Below are positions 38,768-47,714 of a DNA stretch of 64,000 bases, one piece after another; the first letter of the stretch is position 1; each line of letters begins with the position of its first letter. The stretch is from positions 21,741 to 85,740 of the forward strand of contig JBBDJW010000005.1 in assembly GCA_040879685.1 (NCBI GenBank), written 5' to 3'. Source of the DNA: Minisyncoccota bacterium. GTDB lineage: Bacteria; Patescibacteriota; Minisyncoccia; Phycocordibacterales; UBA2135. Below the pieces are notes generated by a model, which saw only the letters and a program-made list of their open reading frames with translations, was not told the origin of the DNA and did not search any database. The position numbers and the translations under genes were made by a program.

Positions 38768-40102
38768 TTAATTAGTAATAATTTTTTTAATAGTGAATCG
38801 CGACTCTTTTTCAGGGAACGACCTCTTCCAGAATGGCCTTATAACGACCTCTGCTTGCGCAATACCCTTAAATTCACTCAAAATATTCCTTAAATCCCCC
38901 TTAGGTCTGCCAAAAAGAGAACGGATAAGCTTCGTATCATCAAACTGCCAGACAAAATGAGGTCTTCCGGAAAGAGAAAAAGAGATGGTTGTATCTTCTT
39001 CTAAATCAAGCGAATCTTTATTAAGAAGATTGAAACTCAGCTCTTCCATGTTAGAAATCATGACAGTCGCATCTTCTTCCATGGGTTGAATAATTTTTTC
39101 TCCTAATTTCTGGCTAAGAGCTTTTTCATTAAATAAAATTCCTCTTAAAACCGCTTCTTCTTCAAGCGTGACCTCTTTTTTATTACTATCAATCTCTTCC
39201 GCTTGTATGTTGTCTTTTGTAAAAGTAATAAAGATCCCATCGTTAAAAAGTGCAAACCCTTCAGGTTTCTGTGTCCCTACGCTCTCTAGAAGTTTTGCAC
39301 GCATGGTGCTACGAAGCTCTTCTTGCACACTCTGTCTTTTTTCATCGGAAACTGTTTTTACCTCCCCACTATAGCCACCTGTCATTTCTGTTTTTGAGCG
39401 AGCGTAAAATCCTTCAAAGCGCGGCGGGTCGTTTTTGAAACCCGGAATAGTAAAGTCTGTAAGAGTACTATTATATTTCTCTCCCGGCTCATCGGCATAA
39501 ACGGTAACTTCCAAACTTCCTGGGATACGCTCTCCATTCTCAATTTTAAGCGCCGGAACTATAATTGAATCATAGACACGATAGATAAGTCCTTCCGAAG
39601 TTTCAAAACGAGTATTTTTTACCAGACGTCTATTAACAGACTCGTAATTATTGTAAATAATGATGGTGCCACTCGCACGCCATTGTACCTGTTTTATTTC
39701 TGTTGCATCAACAGTTATTGAGTCTGAGAGAGGGATAGTTATAATTTCAAAGGGAATTTTTTCAGGGTCAGTAGATTCCTTTACTGCAGTAAAAACAAAG
39801 TCTAAATCAACAGTTCTTTGTTTGGGTGTTATCTCAAGTGTTGCGTGTTCAAAAATAGTTGCAATAGAGAGAAGGAGGATAATAACGGTTAGGATTGCAA
39901 CCCCCCAGAGAGCCCGGAAAGAGCCTCTTGAAAGTTTCTTTTTTTCCATATCAGGCACAATACCACCAAACATGGTCCGCTTAACCTTCCCAACCCTTGT
40001 GCGAGGTCGCCCCGCTTTGGCGGATGTCGGTTTTGGAATGCGCCTTTTTCTTTGTGGCTCATTAGAATTTCTCTCACTATGAGGTGGTATAATATCGTCC
40101 AT
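38768..40102 (-). CDS. Single-pass membrane protein with a large extracytoplasmic beta-rich domain (baseplate-J-like, by recollection)
   Basis: Basic disordered N-terminus, one TM helix, ASGTIIIYN...TRF...PG...AD.PGE.YN...FTIPG...MTGG pattern. Confidence 0.75.
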   Translation of the reverse strand: MDDIIPPHSERNSNEPQRKRRIPKPTSAKAGRPRTRVGKVKRTMFGGIVPDMEKKKLSRGSFRALWGVAILTVIILLLSIATIFEHATLEITPKQRTVDLDFVFTAVKESTDPEKIPFEIITIPLSDSITVDATEIKQVQWRASGTIIIYNNYESVNRRLVKNTRFETSEGLIYRVYDSIIVPALKIENGERIPGSLEVTVYADEPGEKYNSTLTDFTIPGFKNDPPRFEGFYARSKTEMTGGYSGEVKTVSDEKRQSVQEELRSTMRAKLLESVGTQKPEGFALFNDGIFITFTKDNIQAEEIDSNKKEVTLEEEAVLRGILFNEKALSQKLGEKIIQPMEEDATVMISNMEELSFNLLNKDSLDLEEDTTISFSLSGRPHFVWQFDDTKLIRSLFGRPKGDLRNILSEFKGIAQAEVVIRPFWKRSFPEKESRFTIKKIITN

Positions 40103-40171
40103 ATAATATAGAGTTAGTCTTACGTATAAGTATAATACACCTCGCGCCTTTTTACCAAGAAAATATTACTC

Positions 40172-41122
40172 TTATATTTCTTCTCTTTCCTTAAAGACTT
40201 CTATAAGGGGGTCTAAGTTGCCTGCGAGCGTCTCCTCAATGGCATGCCAGCTTTTTTTAATACGATGATCGGTAATTCTATTTTGTGGAAAATTATAGGT
40301 TCGTATCTTTTCACTCCTATCAGCTGTGCCTATTTGTCCCTTTCTTTCTTGTGCATATTTTTTCGCCTCTGCCTCCTCCGTTTGCTGTTGGAGCTTGAGC
40401 TGTAAAAGAGACAGTGCCATATCCCTGTTTTTCTGCTGGGTTCTCTCTGCGGTACTTCTCACATCAATGCCTGTTGGCTTGTGAATAATGCGTACCGCTG
40501 TCTCTACTTTATTGACATTTTGTCCACCCGCACCGCCGGAACGAGAGAATTCCATCTCTAAATCAGCAGGGTCAATTTCAACAGTTATTTTTTTCCGAAC
40601 CGGCATGATCGCAACTGATGCTGTTGAGGTATGGATCCTTCCTGCTTTTTCTGTCGCAGGAATTCTTTGTACACGATGGACTCCCGTCTCATACCGTAGT
40701 CTCTTATAAACATCAAGGCCTTTAATTTCAAAAGAGGCTTCTTTGTATCCCCCGATTTCGTTCATTGATTCATTAAGCGTCCGCATCTTCCACCCCCGCC
40801 TCTCAGCGTAACGTGCATACATCTCTGCAAGCTCATAGGCAAAAAGAGTTGCCTCATCACCTCCCGCCCCCGCGCGAACTTCTAAAATAATCTGGTTTGG
40901 AAACACCTCTTCCTCTTCGTCTTTTTTTACAATTTCTTCCATCTGGAGAGAGAGAGTAGTCTTTTCCTCTTCTATCCTTTTACGCTCCTCTTGTGCAAGT
41001 GCTTCCATATCCTTGTTATCCTTCACCAGAGAGGAAAGCTCCTTCTCTTCGTCTAGAAGTTTTTGATACCGCTCTGCTAAAAATGCGGTCTTTTGATTTT
41101 GTTTATATTCTTCTAAATCCAT
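40172..41122 (-). CDS. prfA: Peptide chain release factor 1 (N-terminally shortened)
   Basis: [20 protein letters not shown] (PxT), [19 protein letters not shown]. Confidence 0.96.
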   Translation of the reverse strand: MDLEEYKQNQKTAFLAERYQKLLDEEKELSSLVKDNKDMEALAQEERKRIEEEKTTLSLQMEEIVKKDEEEEVFPNQIILEVRAGAGGDEATLFAYELAEMYARYAERRGWKMRTLNESMNEIGGYKEASFEIKGLDVYKRLRYETGVHRVQRIPATEKAGRIHTSTASVAIMPVRKKITVEIDPADLEMEFSRSGGAGGQNVNKVETAVRIIHKPTGIDVRSTAERTQQKNRDMALSLLQLKLQQQTEEAEAKKYAQERKGQIGTADRSEKIRTYNFPQNRITDHRIKKSWHAIEETLAGNLDPLIEVFKEREEI

Positions 41123-41164
41123 AAAGTCTCTTGAGTATAGCGTATTGTGTATTGAGTACAAAGC

Positions 41165-41190
41165 AAACGGCTCACTATAGTGAGCCGTTT
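41165..41190 (-). terminator. Perfect 26-nt palindrome after rpmE, probable terminator
   Basis: AAACGGCTCACTA|TAGTGAGCCGTTT. Confidence 0.65.
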
Positions 41191-41201
41191 CTCCCTAGGT
41201 T

Positions 41202-41438
41202 TTATTTTTTTGTTTTCTTGGCAGGTGCGCTTGTGGTTGCCCTTTCTCGGCGAGCCTTAAATTTTTCAACACGTCCAGCAGTGTCAATAAGACGCTCTTC
41301 TCCAGTAAAGAAAGGATGGCACTGACTGCACACCTCCACCTTGATTTCAGGGCTTGTTGAGCCAACAGTAAAACTTGCTCCGCAGGCGCACTGCGCTGTT
41401 ACCTCTTTATTATAGTTTGGGTGAATTTCTTTTTTCAT
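41202..41438 (-). CDS. rpmE: 50S ribosomal protein L31 (zinc form)
   Basis: [29 protein letters not shown]. Confidence 0.98.
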   Translation of the reverse strand: MKKEIHPNYNKEVTAQCACGASFTVGSTSPEIKVEVCSQCHPFFTGEERLIDTAGRVEKFKARRERATTSAPAKKTKK

Positions 41439-41440
41439 GA

Positions 41441-41865
41441 TACTAATCTACGAATCTATGCGAATAATACGAATGGGCTTTACATACCGGTTTCTAAAGT
41501 TGATAAGAAGCCCTAATTTATATTTACCCGCCTGTAGATATCTTTGTGTTTGATCATAATCAGCCCTCAAAAGAGCTGGTTTTGCTTTTATCTCAAGTAT
41601 AATCTTATTATCTATAACAAAATCTACCTTATTTGTAAAGTTATTTTCTACAAGCTCTATAGGAAGGGCCTGTTCTCTTTTAAAGGAAACACATTTTTCA
41701 TGCAAAAGAGTTTCTAACGCATCACCGTATTGTTTTTCTCTACAAAACCTCCCTAGAGTATTATGGACGTTAAAACAAATGCCTGTTATTTTATAAGAAA
41801 GCTCTCTATAAATAATCTTATCCACTCCCTTATTTGTATTATTCGTGTTCATTTGTATATTGGTA
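41441..41865. mobile_element. Candidate mini element: GxxExxY gene bounded by 34-bp imperfect inverted repeats
   Basis: 41441-41474 and 41832-41865 are inverted repeats (26/34 identical), each made of four TACGAAT-like heptamers with mirror-image 8/10/9 spacing. Confidence 0.6.
41448..41852 (-). CDS. GxxExxY family protein (PD-(D/E)XK nuclease-like)
   Basis: Y.I.G.CF.VHN.LG..REKQY..AL, VDFVID.KIILE.K, Q..RYL, GLLINF. Confidence 0.9.
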   Translation of the reverse strand: MNTNNTNKGVDKIIYRELSYKITGICFNVHNTLGRFCREKQYGDALETLLHEKCVSFKREQALPIELVENNFTNKVDFVIDNKIILEIKAKPALLRADYDQTQRYLQAGKYKLGLLINFRNRYVKPIRIIRIDS

Positions 41866-41868
41866 AGC

Positions 41869-43224
41869 CTAATTTTCTTGCAAGAAATCAATGTTTTGTT
41901 GATGTTTTTGCGCTAACTCCATAACAGAGTTTCCATAAAAAGCATAGCGAGTTTTATTGGCGTTTGCCCATCCGGCAAAATATCGCAACGCCGCCAGCCT
42001 CTCTGCGGTATAGCCACCTTTCGCGGCACCATTATCCCGCAAGAGAAGCGCTGAGGCCATAAATGCATCTTCCGGATCCCATGGGTTTGGTGGGTTGTGT
42101 CCTGTGAGTTTAGCAATCCGCTCTTCAAACAAGACCCACGTTGAAGGAATGAACTGCGCCGGCCCCATCGCTCCGCCATAGCCATACGAAGGCGGGCACG
42201 ACACTACCTGTGCAAACGGGTCAAAGCCAAGCCTCTCTGCAATGTTTAAAAAGATATCAACGTCACGGCTTGGCTTCATAACGCTTGTGAATATTCTCCC
42301 CGTATTTATCCCCTTTCCATCACCCTTGTCTGGTTGGTTGGTGAGAACACACTGTCCTACATTTTCACCAAATTTTGATTCCTGCTCTATAACCCCCAAA
42401 ATAAGGGCGGGGCGAACACCTGTTTGTTCAAAGGCGCGCACCGCCAGATCAAGTGCGCGCTCAAAGGGAATTGCTTCACTGCCACGAAGCGCAAAAAGAG
42501 CACTCCTAATAGTAGCCGCATCTTTTTGTTTTGCTTTTACAATTTCCTGATAACGCTCCTCTTCCCCTTTCGTGATTTCTAAAATATCGTTTTTCTCCTG
42601 TTTATCTTCTTCAATCTGGTTCTTTTGGATTTGTTGGAGTCGGCGAAGTTCCTCTTTCTCTCCCTGCACTGTTTCAAGTCCTTCTTTTTGCTGTGAAGTA
42701 ACTTTTTTTGTCGCCTCTATTTGACTAAAAGATTCCTGCAATGACTCCTTGATGGAAGCAAAAGAATCAATGTCACCAAGAAAACCGGAAAGGTTCTTAT
42801 TGGAGAGAGCGATTTCAACGATTGAATATGAATCAATTTCTCGTGTCTTTCTAATCAGTTGTCCTAGGGATTCTTTTTCCCGCAATAGTTTCGCGCTTAA
42901 GCTATCAATGGTACCTTCGGCCGCGTTAATATCGCTTTGCAAATTTTGGATAACCAAATTTCGTTGTCTGATAGAGAGCTCTGCTTGTCTGATGCGTGCA
43001 TCAAAAATCGCAATATCTCGCAGAAGAGAAGTACTCTCTCGTTGTTTTTCAATTAAAAAACTTCTTTGCGTTTCAATCTCATGCTCAAGCCGAGAAAGCT
43101 CTACCTCAAGCTCTGCGCGTTTTTTTATGACATCTTGACTCGTTGCCTGTGCATACAAAAAAACACCCGGCATAAGAAGCGCGATGAGTAAAAGAGAGCA
43201 AAGCAAAAAAGAGAAGGCTTTCAT
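41869..43224 (-). CDS. Secreted coiled-coil protein with C-terminal lytic transglycosylase (MltB/SLT_2-like) domain
   Basis: Signal peptide, coiled coil, QES catalytic Glu, GAMGPAQFIPSTW, DAFMASA..L. Confidence 0.88.
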   Translation of the reverse strand: MKAFSFLLCSLLLIALLMPGVFLYAQATSQDVIKKRAELEVELSRLEHEIETQRSFLIEKQRESTSLLRDIAIFDARIRQAELSIRQRNLVIQNLQSDINAAEGTIDSLSAKLLREKESLGQLIRKTREIDSYSIVEIALSNKNLSGFLGDIDSFASIKESLQESFSQIEATKKVTSQQKEGLETVQGEKEELRRLQQIQKNQIEEDKQEKNDILEITKGEEERYQEIVKAKQKDAATIRSALFALRGSEAIPFERALDLAVRAFEQTGVRPALILGVIEQESKFGENVGQCVLTNQPDKGDGKGINTGRIFTSVMKPSRDVDIFLNIAERLGFDPFAQVVSCPPSYGYGGAMGPAQFIPSTWVLFEERIAKLTGHNPPNPWDPEDAFMASALLLRDNGAAKGGYTAERLAALRYFAGWANANKTRYAFYGNSVMELAQKHQQNIDFLQEN

Positions 43225-43299
43225 ACACTCTAGTATAACAAATATCTAGCAATCTAAAGAGGGATAAAAACAACCCGCTGTGTGCGGGTTGCCAATACC

Positions 43300-43953
43300 T
43301 TATTCTTTTTTTACAGAATCTTCCGAGGGAATCTCTTCTTCCTCTTCCTTTCCTTTAGTTTCAACTTCTACTGCGTCAGGATCAAATTCTTCCGTAGATT
43401 CTTCTTCCTCCTTAGCCTCTGACATTGCAGCAACTACCTCATCTGGATTTTCTACAAGAGTAACGCCCGCAGGAAGTGATACATCACCCGCGGTAATACT
43501 ATCGTCCATTGCTCTTAGTACGCTGAGGTCAACTGAGAGCTCATGAGGGAGATCTTTAGGAAGTGCACTTATAGAAACTTCATGAAGCACTTTGACCAAT
43601 ACTCCACCAAGGTTCTTTTCCGCTGGAGCAGAGTTTGTAAAAATAATGGGCACCTTCACCTCAACCGCCTTATCTGCCTCAACCGCGTAGAAATCTACAT
43701 GAATAGGCTCTCCATGAAGTGGCTCATAGGCAACATCGTGGATAAGCACGCTTATCTCTTTGTCATCCGTCTTGAGGGTAAGCACTGTTGACTCGCCCGC
43801 TTCACGAAGTGCTTTTTTAAAAAGTAAAATATCAAGACTCACCGGCGTAGATGCTTCTTTTCTTCCATAAAAAACAGCAGGGATTTTTCCTGTCTGACGA
43901 AGCATTTCTGCATTTATTTTTTTATCTCTCTTTTTTGCTATAAGCTCTAACAT
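43300..43953 (-). CDS. rplY: 50S ribosomal protein L25/CTC
   Basis: LR..GKIPAVFYG, IHVDFY, LPKDLP, acidic tail. Start moved to ATG 43953. Confidence 0.95.
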   Translation of the reverse strand: MLELIAKKRDKKINAEMLRQTGKIPAVFYGRKEASTPVSLDILLFKKALREAGESTVLTLKTDDKEISVLIHDVAYEPLHGEPIHVDFYAVEADKAVEVKVPIIFTNSAPAEKNLGGVLVKVLHEVSISALPKDLPHELSVDLSVLRAMDDSITAGDVSLPAGVTLVENPDEVVAAMSEAKEEEESTEEFDPDAVEVETKGKEEEEEIPSEDSVKKE

Positions 43954-43992
43954 AAGCGCGATACTACCACTTTTTTTTAAGGAGTGCAACTC

Positions 43993-44529
43993 TTACCAAC
44001 GCTTGGCTCCTTCACTAAAAGAAGAAAGCGAGCACTGAACACTTGAACGCACGGGATCATAATACGGGTGATCTTTGGGAATGGCCGGAGCGGGAGTGTT
44101 TTGAGGGCACGTATTAAGAGATTCAATGGTGTGATGAACTAAAAGCTTATAATCTACTCCGTCAGAGCGATAAAGATAACACCCATAGTCTTTTATTGGA
44201 GCAGGATCAATGGGAAGCTCCGGAAGATACCTTGGCGCAATGTTGGGGACCCAGCCATTTGCTCCACTTCGGGGATGTTTCCCATAAGCATCACACACCC
44301 CCCACCATTGACCGTTTGTTGAAGGGTAGTTTTTGTTTTCATTATGATAGACCTCAAGTGCACGTGTGAGTGTTTGTATGTCTGATAGTCTTATCTCATC
44401 ACGAAGAGGATCTTGAGAACCACCTGGAAAAAAACTTATAAGTGCAACGAGAAAGCTCAGAAGCGCTCCTATAAGAAAAATTTCTAAAAGACTTGCCCCT
44501 TTGTTATGCTGAAGGCGGAGTGATTTCAT
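43993..44529 (-). CDS. Type IV pilin / GspG-like pseudopilin
   Basis: NKG|ASLLE cleavage-like site, TM helix, RD..R.SD...L..ALE.Y......YP, LP.DP. Confidence 0.75.
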   Translation of the reverse strand: MKSLRLQHNKGASLLEIFLIGALLSFLVALISFFPGGSQDPLRDEIRLSDIQTLTRALEVYHNENKNYPSTNGQWWGVCDAYGKHPRSGANGWVPNIAPRYLPELPIDPAPIKDYGCYLYRSDGVDYKLLVHHTIESLNTCPQNTPAPAIPKDHPYYDPVRSSVQCSLSSFSEGAKRW

Positions 44530-44782
44530 ATATCTGCTGTAACTCTTCCGGAGTAAGCCGTGGTGCATCAAAATATAACTCTTGAGCAAAGATGTACACG
44601 GAGACGAGGAGCAAGAGAAGAGCAAAGGTAAGAAGTAATAGGCTCGCTATTTTTTTACTCTTAGCAATTCCTATTCGCATTAAAAACCTCTCCATGCCCG
44701 AAGTGCGAGAGAGCTCTCTTTTTGCGTCCTCATCAAGAATTGAATCAATCTCAAATTCCACATTTAACTCTTTATCGTTCAT
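44504..44782 (-). CDS. Small single-pass membrane protein
   Basis: 92-aa ORF coupled to the upstream dehydrogenase gene, one TM helix. Confidence 0.7.
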   Translation of the reverse strand: MNDKELNVEFEIDSILDEDAKRELSRTSGMERFLMRIGIAKSKKIASLLLLTFALLLLLVSVYIFAQELYFDAPRLTPEELQQIYEITPPSA

Positions 44783-44784
44783 AT

Positions 44785-45753
44785 TTAAGATACTGCATTA
44801 GGGGCATTGCTACCGGAAAGCACAGCAAGAATATTTTCTGCTGCAAGCTTTGACATTTTTGAACGGGTTTCTTCGGTGGCAGAGGCGATATGCGGAGTTA
44901 CAATAACATTGGAAAGACTGGAGAGCCCTGCGGTGAGGTCCGGCTCATGCTCAAAAACATCAAGCGCCGCACCGCGAATATTTTTTCTCTCTAGCGCCTC
45001 AAAAAGTGCTTTTTCATCAATAACACCCCCTCGAGAAGTATTCACAAGGTATGCGGTTTTTTTCATTCTTGCAAGACGTTCTTTGTTGAGAAGATGTTTG
45101 GTAGAGTCCAAGAGAGGAATATGAAGCGACACAAAGTCTACTTGTTCAAGAAGGTCTTCTATATATTCACAGAACTCCGCTCCCACCTCTTCCTCTAAGT
45201 GCTCGTTCTTTTTTATATCATAGTAAAGCACCTTCATATCAAAGCCTCTCTTCCCATGATGCGCAACTCTCGCACCTATTCTTCCTGCCCCCACAATACC
45301 GAGCGTCTTTCCAGACAAATCGTTTCCTAAAAGTAAGAGAGGCGCCCAGCCTTCATATTTGCCTTCACGAACAAATAAATCCGCCTCAACGATTCTATGT
45401 GCTATCGCCAGCAACAATGCAAAGGTGTGCTCGGCAACAGTATTTGAGAGTACTTCGGGAGTATTTGAAATTACAATACCTCTCTTTTTTGCTTCTTCAA
45501 CATCAATGTTATCAAAACCAACAGCATAATTGGCAAATATCTTAACTTGCGGTGCCGCATCATATATCTGCCTGTCAATTTTATCGGTCAAAAGGCACAG
45601 TACCGCATCATAGGGTTCTTTTTGGAGTTCTGTAAGAAGTTCTTCCTTAGAGAGGACTCCTTCTTTTTTACTCACCACAACCTCATGACCAGAATCCCTC
45701 AGCAAGGCAATGCCGGAATTAGGAATGGTGCGTGTTACATAAATTTTTGCCAT
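44785..45753 (-). CDS. D-2-hydroxyacid dehydrogenase (glyoxylate reductase / D-glycerate dehydrogenase family)
   Basis: AVGFDNID, GAGRIG, NTSRG, LDVFEHEP, PHIASA. Confidence 0.93.
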   Translation of the reverse strand: MAKIYVTRTIPNSGIALLRDSGHEVVVSKKEGVLSKEELLTELQKEPYDAVLCLLTDKIDRQIYDAAPQVKIFANYAVGFDNIDVEEAKKRGIVISNTPEVLSNTVAEHTFALLLAIAHRIVEADLFVREGKYEGWAPLLLLGNDLSGKTLGIVGAGRIGARVAHHGKRGFDMKVLYYDIKKNEHLEEEVGAEFCEYIEDLLEQVDFVSLHIPLLDSTKHLLNKERLARMKKTAYLVNTSRGGVIDEKALFEALERKNIRGAALDVFEHEPDLTAGLSSLSNVIVTPHIASATEETRSKMSKLAAENILAVLSGSNAPNAVS

Positions 45754-45762
45754 AGGTATCGG

Positions 45763-46614
45763 TTAATTATGAAATAATGCGATTCGCTGTGCAACAATCT
45801 CTTTGACATTGCTTCGCGCGCCGTCAAGAAGTTTATAAGGTGCCACTGTTTCCGTGTCGCGCTTCAGCGCGTCTTCAATACCGCTTCTCCACGCCTTCCT
45901 AATTTCCGTGTTTATATGCACCACGCTTATTCCTGCCTTGATGGCCTTTTTAAAATCTTCGTCACTCACCCCTGAACCGCCGTGAAGCACTAAAGGAACG
46001 CCTGCATCTTTTCTAATTGCTCTAATTCTTTCTATATCAAGATTTGGATTTTGTGCATTTTTTAGCATACCGTGAATATTCCCGACCGAGGGAGCAAGAA
46101 GATCAACTCCTGTCTTTTTTACAAATTCACGTGCTTGGTCGGGCGTTGTCATTTCCTCGCGGGTTACTCCTTCAGGAATTTCATCCAAAAGTTTTGACGA
46201 GGTCCCAATATATCCAAGCTCACCCTCTACAACCATATCGGGGTTAACACATTTTGCATAATCAACACATCGTTCGGTAATTTCACAATTCTTTTCAAAA
46301 GGAAGCTGTGCACCATCAAAGATAACCGCATCATAACCATTATCTGCCGCTCTCTTTACTCCTTCAAACGAGTAGGTGTGATCAGCATTGGCATAAATAG
46401 GATAGTTAAACTCTTCCCGTAAACTCTTTACAAGCGCTGTAAACTGCCGCTCTCCAATAAACTCTCTCTCGCCCTCTGATGTGCCAACAAGAACGGGAAC
46501 GCCTTGCTCTTGCGCGGCTTCAAAAATAGCCCAGAGAGCATCAATTGTTGAGATATTAAAGTGCCCCAAAGCATACTGTTCACTGTCTGCTTTTAAAATA
46601 TGTTCAAGCAACAT
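45763..46614 (-). CDS. fba: Class II fructose-bisphosphate aldolase
   Basis: HFN, ADH, VEGELG, GNIHG, LVLHGGSG, INTE. Confidence 0.93.
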   Translation of the reverse strand: MLLEHILKADSEQYALGHFNISTIDALWAIFEAAQEQGVPVLVGTSEGEREFIGERQFTALVKSLREEFNYPIYANADHTYSFEGVKRAADNGYDAVIFDGAQLPFEKNCEITERCVDYAKCVNPDMVVEGELGYIGTSSKLLDEIPEGVTREEMTTPDQAREFVKKTGVDLLAPSVGNIHGMLKNAQNPNLDIERIRAIRKDAGVPLVLHGGSGVSDEDFKKAIKAGISVVHINTEIRKAWRSGIEDALKRDTETVAPYKLLDGARSNVKEIVAQRIALFHN

Positions 46615-46708
46615 TATCTTAGTATAACACCTCGCCTGCGCGTACTCCAGATGTCTACGTGAGTATTTATTTTATGAAAAGATATTCTACTATCAAGAAA
46701 ATTCAAAA

Positions 46709-46738
46709 ACCACCAAAATCTAGAAGATCTTGGTGGTG
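46709..46738 (-). terminator. Terminator after the Yx(FWY)xxD protein gene
   Basis: ACCACCAAGATC...GATTTTGGTGGT followed by a T-tract on the minus strand. Confidence 0.6.
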
Positions 46739-46764
46739 TATGAATTGTAGTAACAATGGTTACC

Positions 46765-47223
46765 TTATGGTCGCACAAGACTCCAGACGCCACCAAGTCC
46801 GTTCCCTTTTACATCTCCGAGAACGAGGTCTTCCTCATAGTAGTAAAGTGCCTCTCCCTTCCACGTATACTGCAAAACACCTAACTCCTCATTAAGAACC
46901 GTACTCAAGTTACCCTTGCGGACTTCCTGTTCTGCTCTATAAGGAGGCCATACTATAAGGCACTCGCCCGTACAAGCGCGAGAGGAAGTATACAGCGTCA
47001 TTCCGGAGAAATCCACTAGATACTCGCCGTCTTGGTTAATTGCAACACTCAAAATCTTGCTCACATCAGGAGTACCCAAAACATCTCCTTTCCCGTCTAC
47101 GGTAGTTGGTCCGGTTTGTGTGTCACGAGGGGTAACTATACCACCCCCCGCACCAAACCAAAAAATTCCAAGAACAACGACAAGCGCAATAACGACTGAA
47201 ATAATAATATTAAAATTACGCAT
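46765..47223 (-). CDS. Membrane-anchored protein with Yx(FWY)xxD repeats (Lipoprotein_15-like)
   Basis: YLVD..GMTLY, C.GEC...WPP, Q.TWKG..LYYY..D...GDVKG.G.GGVW. Confidence 0.85.
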   Translation of the reverse strand: MRNFNIIISVVIALVVVLGIFWFGAGGGIVTPRDTQTGPTTVDGKGDVLGTPDVSKILSVAINQDGEYLVDFSGMTLYTSSRACTGECLIVWPPYRAEQEVRKGNLSTVLNEELGVLQYTWKGEALYYYEEDLVLGDVKGNGLGGVWSLVRP

Positions 47224-47359
47224 AGAAAAATAAAGTGGTTATGTATAAATATTTTTAGACCAATCAATCTTACGTAGATAAGATTGATCCCATCTAGTAG
47301 TTTAATAATACCACCTCCTTTTGTAATGTACACCTCTAGGGTGAAAGGTTATACACAAA

Positions 47360-47431
47360 TGGAAAATACCACCCGAAGGTGGTATTTTCCAGTGTACTTA
47401 TTTTATGCCCGGAGGCAAAAAATAAGTACAC
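47360..47431 (-). ncRNA. Candidate small RNA or leader made of two UNCG-capped hairpins
   Basis: GUGUACUUAUUUUU-UGCC(UCCG)GGCA-U-AAAAAUAAGUACAC then GGAAAAUACCACC(UUCG)GGUGGUAUUUUCC, immediately after the promoter. Confidence 0.45.
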
Positions 47432-47435
47432 CATG

Positions 47436-47464
47436 AGTATATAGATAGGATCTCTCTGTGTCAA
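47436..47464 (-). promoter_or_regulatory. Near-consensus sigma70 promoter driving a two-hairpin RNA
   Basis: TTGACA-17 nt-TATACT on the minus strand. Confidence 0.75.
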
Positions 47465-47673
47465 ATATAAAATCTTAAACCTGTGGAAAACTAAAAAATC
47501 CCCTTATTTTGCAGTAATTATTTCTTGTTGTTTAAACATTAAGTGTTGAGCATTTTTAAGTTAAAACCACCAGAATGGTGCCATTCTGGTGGTTTTTGAT
47601 TTTTCCTCTATCCCGACATACTACATCTTCTTGTTTGTCTATAATACGGAGGTAGCTCTCACACTAAAATAAA

Positions 47674-47695
47674 AACGAGGACCGGAGTCCTCGTT
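47674..47695 (-). terminator. Terminator of the heptad-repeat gene
   Basis: AACGAGGAC(TCCG)GTCCTCGTT followed by TTTATTTT on the minus strand. Confidence 0.75.
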
Positions 47696-47714
47696 GTGTC
47701 TCTGTGAGTCGCAG

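Noticed and set aside
47349-47490. Replication origin (TTATACACA at 47349, TGTGGAAAA at 47482)
   Set aside because: There are only two dispersed DnaA-like boxes, no dnaA/dnaN nearby and no change in gene orientation.
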